This document shows, piece by piece, positions 50,648 through 58,035 of a stretch of 58,035 nucleotides of DNA. The notes under the pieces are model-generated. The model saw nothing but the letters and a program-made list of their open reading frames with translations, did not search any database and was not told the origin of the DNA. Source of the DNA: a candidate division WOR-3 bacterium (GTDB lineage Bacteria; Hydrothermota; Tepidihabitantia; SM23-42; JAOAFX01); NCBI GenBank assembly GCA_965649105.1, contig CBFGJP010000004.1:1-58035 (forward strand). The letters run 5' to 3'. Made by a program: the position numbers and the translations under genes. Position 1 is the stretch's first letter. Each line of letters opens with the position of its first letter.

Positions 50648-50779
50648 AGACCGATGGCTTTCCGTTGTTGGGTTTCGCTGCTCGTATCGTAAAAGGGAGT
50701 GGTTATACGGCAAAAAATGAAAGATGATGAACAAACAACGAAACGTGCCACAAAACCGTATAACCATTAATGGTTGACT

Positions 50780-52018
50780 ATGAACGAAATTTTGAATTTA
50801 GCACTTCAAACCTTTAAGTCCCACCGTATGCGTTCCTTCCTTACGACCTTAGGAATCATCATCGGTGTCACCACGGTAATTGCTATTCTCTCTTTGATTG
50901 AGGGTTTGAATCAATCGGTGGCGGCGCAGATTCGGTCAATCGGGTCGGATTTGATATTCGTTTCAAAGATCTCATTTGTCCGTATGGGACCACCAAATTT
51001 TGAGGAAATTGCGAAACGACCTGACTTGACCCCTGACGATGCCCTTGCAATTAAGCAACTTCCCTCAGTAGAAACCGCAATACCAACGATTGAACAAAAC
51101 TTTACTAAATTAAAATACAAAGACAAAGAAATTGCAATGACATCAATAGAAGGCACAAGTGGAGATTTTTCAAAGACACATAACTATTTTGTTGAAGCAG
51201 GACGCGATTTAAATGCAGATGATATATTACATAGAAGGAATGTTGGGGTTATTGGTTCTTATGTTGCAAAAAATTTGTTTGGTGATGAGTCACCACTGGG
51301 TAAGGATTTAAATATCGGTGCCCACCGGATAAAGATTATTGGTGTATACAGAGAGAGAGGCTCTTTCCTGGGACAGAGTATGGATAATCTAATTGTTATT
51401 CCTTACACATTTTATGAGAAGATATTCCCCCGCAAAAGAACCACTGTAATTGAAAAGGCGATCGGTGGCTATTCAATAAGTGTGGTGCCCAAACCTAAAA
51501 GGGTGGAGCAGGCAATGGATGAGATAAGGGAACTGATGAGGCGGAGGCATGGTCTGCGCTTTGACCAGCCTGATGACTTTGAATTGGGCACCCAGCAGAT
51601 GTTATATGAGTTATATCAGAATATCACCCGCGTTGGTTTTGTTGCCATCGTAGCAATTGCGGTAATATCTTTGATTGTAGGTGGGATTGGTATAATGAAT
51701 ATTATGCTCGTTTCAGTTGCTGAGCGCACACGAGAGATAGGTATTCGCAAGGCGGTCGGTGCATCCAATCAAAATATCTTATTCCAGTTTCTGACTGAGT
51801 CATCGGCCCTCGCACTGGTTGGTGGTATTATAGGTATTATACTCGGCGTTTTACTCGCCTGGATAATTTCGATTGTCTCACCCCTTAAGGCAGCGGTGAG
51901 TCTCTGGATGATTCTCTTGGGATTTGGATTTTCTTCAGCAGTTGGAATATTTTTTGGTATGTATCCCGCACGTAAGGCAGCATCACTGAATCCAATTGAG
52001 GCATTGAGGTATGAATGA
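50780..52018 (+). CDS. MacB-type ABC permease
   Basis: RSFLTTLGIIIGV, GGIGIMNIMLVSVAERTREIGIRKAVGA, PIEALRYE. Confidence 0.95.
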   Translation: MNEILNLALQTFKSHRMRSFLTTLGIIIGVTTVIAILSLIEGLNQSVAAQIRSIGSDLIFVSKISFVRMGPPNFEEIAKRPDLTPDDALAIKQLPSVETAIPTIEQNFTKLKYKDKEIAMTSIEGTSGDFSKTHNYFVEAGRDLNADDILHRRNVGVIGSYVAKNLFGDESPLGKDLNIGAHRIKIIGVYRERGSFLGQSMDNLIVIPYTFYEKIFPRKRTTVIEKAIGGYSISVVPKPKRVEQAMDEIRELMRRRHGLRFDQPDDFELGTQQMLYELYQNITRVGFVAIVAIAVISLIVGGIGIMNIMLVSVAERTREIGIRKAVGASNQNILFQFLTESSALALVGGIIGIILGVLLAWIISIVSPLKAAVSLWMILLGFGFSSAVGIFFGMYPARKAASLNPIEALRYE

Positions 52019-52063
52019 AAGAGAGGGTATTAGATTATAGGGATATCAGGAAAATAATCTAAA

Positions 52064-52091
52064 TTGACTCAACAAATTTTCTGAGTATAAT
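52064..52091 (+). promoter_or_regulatory. Sigma70-like promoter, probably leaderless
   Basis: TTGACT-N16-TATAAT, 6 nt before the ATG at 52098. Confidence 0.65.
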
Positions 52092-52097
52092 TTAATA

Positions 52098-55000
52098 ATG
52101 AGGGATATTTATTATGATGAACTGACCGGGGTTTATAATCGTCGTTTTCTTTATTACTGGGTTGAAAACGAAATAAAACGGGCAAATCGTTTTGCAACTA
52201 AATTCGGGCTAATCGTTATAGACCTTGATAATTTCCGGGATATAAATAACAATTATGGTCATCTTGAGGGTGATAAAGTTCTCATTGAATTCAGTAATTT
52301 TCTAAGAGGCACAGTAAGGGAAGTTGATAATCTTGTCCGTTATGGTGGGGATGAGTTCATTGTGCTTATTCCTAATACTGATTTTCATGGTGTAATGGAA
52401 CTTGCCCAGAGAATATTAGCAAATTTAAATCAGACTGAGGTTGCTAATCATAAAATACATTGTAGCATAGGATGTGCACTTTATCCGGATGATGGCACAA
52501 ATGTTGAAACACTAATCAGCCAAGCCGATAGATTGATGTACCAGGCAAAAAAAGAAGGTAAAAACAGAATCGGATTGAAGGCAGAAATTACAAAGAAGAT
52601 TGAACTACCAGCAAAGGGCTTTATCGGACGGGAAAATGAACTAAATCAATGTGCCAAATTTTTGAAAGAATTCAATATAATCTTTATATACGGAGAGGCA
52701 GGTGTGGGTAAAACAAGGCTTGCCATTGAATTAAGAAAGCTCTTTTCTGATTCTATATATCTTAGGGCAATTTCCTATTCGGCACTTGCTTCAGTTCCAT
52801 ACTATCCATTTTGTAATATGTTCAGGGAGATGGTAAATACAGATTTTGCATTGGTCCAGCGGGTTTTGAAAAGGATCCCTGATATTCACCGTCAGGAGTT
52901 AATAAAATTGCTACCCGAAGACAAAGTTATCTCAACAAAGGTTGAAGAACTGGACAAATATCGCCTTTTTGACAGTGTTAATCTGTTTTTTAATGAACTA
53001 TCTGAATTGTTAAGACCAAAGACTGTGCTTTTGTTGATTGATGATTTACATTGGGCCGATTCATCAAGTTGTGAACTTTTGGATTACTTAATAAGGCGTC
53101 CGTCCCAAAATCTGAAAATTATTGGGACATACAGGATTGAGGAGTATAAAAATGCACCTGTTTATAATTACTTTGGTATCTGGGCACGGGAGAATTTATT
53201 TACCAAGATTGAACTCACACCACTTAGCGAATCTCAAGTTTCAAATCTTCTCGAAATGATAATGGGTAATGTATCGGTATCGCTTTTAAAATTTATTTTT
53301 AATTTAAGTGGGGGGAATCCTTTCTATATTGAAGAAATTTTAAGGGAACTGCAAAGGCAGAATAAAATATATTATAATGGTAAAGAATGGGTTATTTTAT
53401 CAGAAACGCAATTGAAGATCCCTTCCAGTATTGAGGCAACGATATTGAGAAAGATACAATTTCTTAATGAAGATGCGAAGTCAATCCTTGAAATTTGCGC
53501 GGTCTATGGGCAGGAATTCAATGATGAGATAATTGCACTATGCGCACAAAAAAATGTTGGTGAGACGATAGATGCAATTGACCATCTGTTAAAGTTGGGA
53601 TTTATTAAAGAGCGAATCAGAGATTTTTTCTTTTTCAGCGAGGATATAGTACGGCAGATTGTTTATAAAAATATCGCGCGCGGAAATTTGATGAAATACC
53701 ACAAACGGGTTGGTGAGGCAATGGAAAAATATTTTCATACACATCTGCTCAGTTATTATGAGCAACTTGCCTATCATTTTACAATGGCAAACGAAACTGC
53801 CAAGGCATTATTTTATTCAAAACTGGCGGGATTGAAATGCAAGGAGAATTATGCGCATAAACAGGCAGTAGAATTTCTTACCAGTGCCTTGCGTTTTGAG
53901 GAGAATATTGATGAGATTTTCAAAATAAAATGCAATCTTTCCGAAATATATTACCTGATGGGAGAGAATAGAAAGGCGATTGAACACCTGAATGATTGTT
54001 TAAAAATAAACCCTAACGACTATAAAATTTATAATAAAATTGGCCAGATTTATGAAAATTTAGGTGAATATAAAATGGCTTTAAAATACTACACTACGGG
54101 TTTGAAACTAACCGCCCAGACGAGCGCGGGCTATCAGTTCCGTTCCGGAATTGCCTGGATTCACACAAGACTTGGGCAGTATTTAAAGGCAAAGCAAGAG
54201 TGTGAACAATTGTTGAAAAAAAGAAAGCAGCTTCCTGCACCGGAATTGGCGATTATTTATATTACCTTAGGTGTCTCACTGATGTTTCTTGGAAATTTGG
54301 ATGGGGCTATATCTTATTTCAAAAAGGCACTTGATGTCAGGAAAAACCTGGCTGATAAAAAGGGCCTGGCAGCCTGTTATCTGGACCTAGCGGTTGTCTA
54401 TCAACAACAACTTAATCTCCAGCAGAGTGAAGAATATTACAAAAATGCATTAAGAATATATGAAGAGATAGGTTATCAGGCGGGAATAATGATTACCCTT
54501 CTGGACCTTGGAAGTCTTTATTTTCATTATAATCTAATTAAGGCAGAAGAATACTGTATGAAATCTCTCGGGATTGCAAAATTGATTGGCGCAAAAAGGG
54601 ATATGGTATTTCTTTATGATAATCTCGGGCTTATTCATCTACGCCGATTAATGCTTAATGAGGCACTTGAGAATTTTAAATTGGCACTTCAATTTGCCAA
54701 GGAGACAAGATTTATTGAAGGCCTCTGTTTTATCAATCTCCATCTTAGCGAGTTTTATCGGGAGACAAAGAGGCGTACACAGGGATTGAAACATTTAAAA
54801 AAGGCTTATAAATATGCAAAAGAATTAAAATTGAAACAATATATATTTGATTGCCAGTTTGAAGAGATTGAACAGCACTTGGCTATCAAGAAATTTCTAG
54901 AGGCGAAAAAGATTGCGCATAAACTATTTAATGATTTGAAAGATGACCCGGATATCAACCGGCGCATATATGCATTCATATATATGGGAAAGGTATCCTG

Positions 55001-55250
55001 TGCATTGAAGGCATTCAAAAAGGCACAGGAATATTATGATAAGGCACTTAATATCATTGTAAAACTGCCTGACAATTCTTTCACCGCCGAAATATATTAC
55101 CTACTTGGTTTGAGTTGCAAAAATCAAAAAAAATATTCAGAGGCGCTGCAATTCTTCTTAAAGGCAAATGAAATCTTTATGAAACTTGGTGATCTTTTCC
55201 ATCTGGACAAAATTGAAAACGAAATTGTAACTGTGGATATATCTAAATAG
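52098..55250 (+). CDS. Diguanylate cyclase - STAND (AAA_16-type) NTPase - TPR fusion protein
   Basis: DELTGVYNRR, REVD I-site, RYGGDEF; FIGRE, GEAGVGKT (Walker A), LLIDDLHWAD (Walker B), GGNPFY (GxP); C-terminal TPR array. Confidence 0.92.
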   Translation: MRDIYYDELTGVYNRRFLYYWVENEIKRANRFATKFGLIVIDLDNFRDINNNYGHLEGDKVLIEFSNFLRGTVREVDNLVRYGGDEFIVLIPNTDFHGVMELAQRILANLNQTEVANHKIHCSIGCALYPDDGTNVETLISQADRLMYQAKKEGKNRIGLKAEITKKIELPAKGFIGRENELNQCAKFLKEFNIIFIYGEAGVGKTRLAIELRKLFSDSIYLRAISYSALASVPYYPFCNMFREMVNTDFALVQRVLKRIPDIHRQELIKLLPEDKVISTKVEELDKYRLFDSVNLFFNELSELLRPKTVLLLIDDLHWADSSSCELLDYLIRRPSQNLKIIGTYRIEEYKNAPVYNYFGIWARENLFTKIELTPLSESQVSNLLEMIMGNVSVSLLKFIFNLSGGNPFYIEEILRELQRQNKIYYNGKEWVILSETQLKIPSSIEATILRKIQFLNEDAKSILEICAVYGQEFNDEIIALCAQKNVGETIDAIDHLLKLGFIKERIRDFFFFSEDIVRQIVYKNIARGNLMKYHKRVGEAMEKYFHTHLLSYYEQLAYHFTMANETAKALFYSKLAGLKCKENYAHKQAVEFLTSALRFEENIDEIFKIKCNLSEIYYLMGENRKAIEHLNDCLKINPNDYKIYNKIGQIYENLGEYKMALKYYTTGLKLTAQTSAGYQFRSGIAWIHTRLGQYLKAKQECEQLLKKRKQLPAPELAIIYITLGVSLMFLGNLDGAISYFKKALDVRKNLADKKGLAACYLDLAVVYQQQLNLQQSEEYYKNALRIYEEIGYQAGIMITLLDLGSLYFHYNLIKAEEYCMKSLGIAKLIGAKRDMVFLYDNLGLIHLRRLMLNEALENFKLALQFAKETRFIEGLCFINLHLSEFYRETKRRTQGLKHLKKAYKYAKELKLKQYIFDCQFEEIEQHLAIKKFLEAKKIAHKLFNDLKDDPDINRRIYAFIYMGKVSCALKAFKKAQEYYDKALNIIVKLPDNSFTAEIYYLLGLSCKNQKKYSEALQFFLKANEIFMKLGDLFHLDKIENEIVTVDISK

Positions 55251-58011
55251 TATCAATCGGCATCTCTTTTATCAACTGTCCTTTATGGAAAAATTGTATT
55301 ATGTTTTTAGATTGTTTCACCTCTTCAGCATTAAGATTTAATGCAAGGAGTCTTATCTTCGCAATTGTAAATAGGTTTTCCACTAATTCGGGATATTTAC
55401 CAAAGCGGTCAATAAATTCCTCTTTTATTGTTTGTAATTCATCTTCGGACTGGACTTCCATCAGCCTTTTATAAATGGCGGTTCTTTCATAGGCACTATG
55501 AATGTAATCTGCGGGGATATAGCCAGGAATTCTTAAATTCAATACCGGCTCTAATGAAATTTCTCTGCCCTTCATTTCCCGGATCACATTATTTAAAATT
55601 TTTACATAATGATGATAGCCTATGGAATTTATGAAACCAGATTGTTCCTTACCAAGGATATTACCAACACCCCGAATTTCCATATCCCTTATCGCCAGTC
55701 TGAATCCAGAACCAAGTGTCGTATAAGCAATCAGGGCACTCAATCTCTTCCTGGCTTCATTTGTAATTCTCGCTGGAATAATAAAATATGCAAACCCCTG
55801 TATCTCTGAACGTCCAACCCTGCCCCTTAATTGATGCAAATCAGCCAATCCAAATTTATCTGCTTCATTTATGATGATTGTATTGACCCTGGGCATATCA
55901 ATCCCCGATTCAATAATTGCAGTTGAAAGAAGAAGGTCATATTTTCCTTCAATAAATTCAATCATCTTTTTTTCGCATATCTGCGCTTTGATTTTTCCGT
56001 GAAGCAGACATATCCGCAGTTGGGGAAAAATTTTTTGCAGACGCACTTTTATAGTCTCTATTGTTTGAATCCGGTTATGGACAAAAAATATCTGGCCCCC
56101 ACGGTTTAATTCAAAATTGATTATTTTTCTTATTTCATCGTCATCAAAATTGATGATCCTGGTTATTATTTCTTTTCTACCCAAAGGAGGGGTATTTATC
56201 ACTGATATATTTTTTATTCCCACAAGGCTCATATAAAGGGTTCTTGGTATTGGTGTGGCAGAGAGATATATGACATCTATATCCGATTTCAACCTTTTGA
56301 TTTTTTCTTTCTGTATTACTCCAAAATTCTGTTCTTCATCAACGATCAATAACCCTAGGTCTTTAAATACCACATCGGGGGCAAGTAGGCGATGCGTGCC
56401 AATCACAATATCAATTTTTCCTTCGCTTATTTCCTTTAAAATTTTTCTCAATTCATCTCTGCCTTTAAATCTTGAGACCATTTCTACCCTTACGGGGAAA
56501 TCTTTAAGCCTTTTAACAAAGCTATTGTAATGCTGGAATGCAAGGATCGTTGTGGGACAGAGAACCATTGTTTGTTTGAAATCGAGCGCAGCCTTAAAGG
56601 CAGCACGAATGGCAATCTCGGTTTTACCAAAACCTACATCACCACAAACCAATCTTTCTCTGGGTTCGGGTGATTCCATATCCCTCTTCACATCGTCAAT
56701 CGCCTTTTTCTGGTCGAGGGTTTCTTCAAATGGGAATCCTGCTTCAAGTTCCTGCATTTCAACCCCATCTTTTGAAAAAGCAAAGCCCCGACTCAACCGG
56801 CGGCGTGCATAGAGATTAATCAACTCCCTTGCCAAAAATTCGGTTGCCTTTTTTACCCTTTCTTTTGTTTTTAGCCACAATTCGCTGCCAATTTTTGATA
56901 ATTTAGGGGGGTTGTCTTCACTTCCAATGTATCGTTCAAGCAGGTTTAATTTTTCAACGGGAAGATAAATCTTATCCCCGCCGGCATAATCAATACGCAG
57001 GCATTCTACTTTTTTCTCTTCAAAGTCAATGTAAACCAAACCTTTGAATTGACCTATCCCAAAGTCATTATGGACAACATAATCGTCAATTTTCAGTCCT
57101 TTAAGGTCATCAATAAAGGGTCCTTTAAATTTTGTTTTCTTTTTGGGAATATATCCATAAATATCTGATTCAGTTAAATATATAATCTTCCTTTTAATAT
57201 CCAAAAAGCCTTCGCTTAAAGGTAGAATAGTTGCATCAATTTGTCTGATTACTGATTCTAAATTAGAAACGGCCGATTCCCTTATCAAAAATTTGTAGGT
57301 GTGAATCCTCTGATTTATATCATAACGTAATTTGCGTAGATTCCCGAAATATTTTGGTGCAGGGCTCATAAGAAAACTAAAATCAGCAGGCGATTGTAGT
57401 AATATTTGCGGATAATCAAATTCAAGTTTATTCTCGGTGATAATTACACTATCAGATTGGATTGATTCCGAAATGGTAGTATAAAAATTGGGAACTACAA
57501 GTTTAACTGAGATTTTTCCAACTGTTTCAATTGAACGTTGCGTCAGGGGATTGAATTTTCTAATTGAAGTGATCGTATCACCCTCAAATTCAATACGGAA
57601 TGGTTCAGAATCGGAAATGAAAATATCTATGATGCCACCCCTTACTGCGAATTCTCCTTCTTCTTCTACAATTTCTTCTCTTTGCAGACCACCTGCCAAA
57701 AGGCGTGATATCAAATCATCGCGGTCAATTGACTTTCCAACAGTGAATTCAAAAATTGTTTTGACCTTTAGATTTTTATTTAAATATTCTTCATTTGTGA
57801 TGATTATACCAGCGGGTTCAAAAATAGGATTATCAGCATCTATGATAGTAGTATCTGGATAAATCTCGGCGATTTCCTTTCCGAATCTTTCTATATTATT
57901 TCTGTTCGTTACATAAATGATCTGACTGAACCTCTTTGAAATCTCAATAATAAAGATCGATAGTGATGAACCAGCAAATCCGGAAATAGACAAAATTTTT
58001 TTATGCTTCAA
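55243..58011 (-). CDS. mfd: Transcription-repair coupling factor
   Basis: UvrB-like GEFAVRGGIIDIF, RID (VVHNDFGIGQF), CGDVGFGKTE, DEEQ, SATPIPRTL, QLRGRVGR, TRCF C-terminus. Confidence 0.96.
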   Translation of the reverse strand: MKHKKILSISGFAGSSLSIFIIEISKRFSQIIYVTNRNNIERFGKEIAEIYPDTTIIDADNPIFEPAGIIITNEEYLNKNLKVKTIFEFTVGKSIDRDDLISRLLAGGLQREEIVEEEGEFAVRGGIIDIFISDSEPFRIEFEGDTITSIRKFNPLTQRSIETVGKISVKLVVPNFYTTISESIQSDSVIITENKLEFDYPQILLQSPADFSFLMSPAPKYFGNLRKLRYDINQRIHTYKFLIRESAVSNLESVIRQIDATILPLSEGFLDIKRKIIYLTESDIYGYIPKKKTKFKGPFIDDLKGLKIDDYVVHNDFGIGQFKGLVYIDFEEKKVECLRIDYAGGDKIYLPVEKLNLLERYIGSEDNPPKLSKIGSELWLKTKERVKKATEFLARELINLYARRRLSRGFAFSKDGVEMQELEAGFPFEETLDQKKAIDDVKRDMESPEPRERLVCGDVGFGKTEIAIRAAFKAALDFKQTMVLCPTTILAFQHYNSFVKRLKDFPVRVEMVSRFKGRDELRKILKEISEGKIDIVIGTHRLLAPDVVFKDLGLLIVDEEQNFGVIQKEKIKRLKSDIDVIYLSATPIPRTLYMSLVGIKNISVINTPPLGRKEIITRIINFDDDEIRKIINFELNRGGQIFFVHNRIQTIETIKVRLQKIFPQLRICLLHGKIKAQICEKKMIEFIEGKYDLLLSTAIIESGIDMPRVNTIIINEADKFGLADLHQLRGRVGRSEIQGFAYFIIPARITNEARKRLSALIAYTTLGSGFRLAIRDMEIRGVGNILGKEQSGFINSIGYHHYVKILNNVIREMKGREISLEPVLNLRIPGYIPADYIHSAYERTAIYKRLMEVQSEDELQTIKEEFIDRFGKYPELVENLFTIAKIRLLALNLNAEEVKQSKNIIQFFHKGQLIKEMPIDTI

Positions 58012-58035
58012 TAATTCAAATATCTGGTCAATTTC

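Noticed and set aside
732-57862. Numerous 60-130 aa ORFs antisense to or nested in long genes
   Set aside because: Shadow frames of well-supported genes, with no motifs or initiation signals.

Overview
AT-rich bacterial chromosomal window. The small FlgD/T9SS-type C-terminal sorting domains, TonB receptor, BamA/Wzi proteins and anaerobic redox genes suggest an FCB-related lineage such as candidate phylum WOR-3; this is inference, not a database result. Left part (1-16840): envelope and housekeeping genes (GT4, two Gmd/Rmd-like SDRs, M23, two M42 peptidases, Wzi, BamA/TamA-like, HNH, TPR, tRNA-Ala(GGC), a large outer-membrane protein, methyltransferase, queA). Middle part (16866-33869): accessory region with three CTD-bearing secreted proteins, GTAG-type REP clusters, an M1 peptidase, a BglI-like restriction-modification pair, a TonB receptor, an ArsR-like gene and a DASS transporter. 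Right part: patatin, plsC, ispH, a transglutaminase-ABC operon, a NuoEFG-like (Bfu) plus NfnAB redox operon, a TolC/MacAB efflux operon, a GGDEF-STAND-TPR protein and mfd. Best candidate for something new: ORFs 31857-32408 and 32550-33869 form one reading frame broken only by an in-frame TGA in a Gly-Cys-TGA context, followed by a bacterial SECIS-like hairpin (GGCGAA-GGTC-TTCGCC). This predicts a secreted, CTD-sorted selenoprotein with a vicinal Cys-Sec pair in a CBM-like domain. Other notable patterns: 7-8-mer repeat arrays inside the sorting domains, repeat-derived operon spacers with bridging mini-ORFs, and 13 sigma70-like promoters with a 16-bp spacer, many of them leaderless or nearly so.
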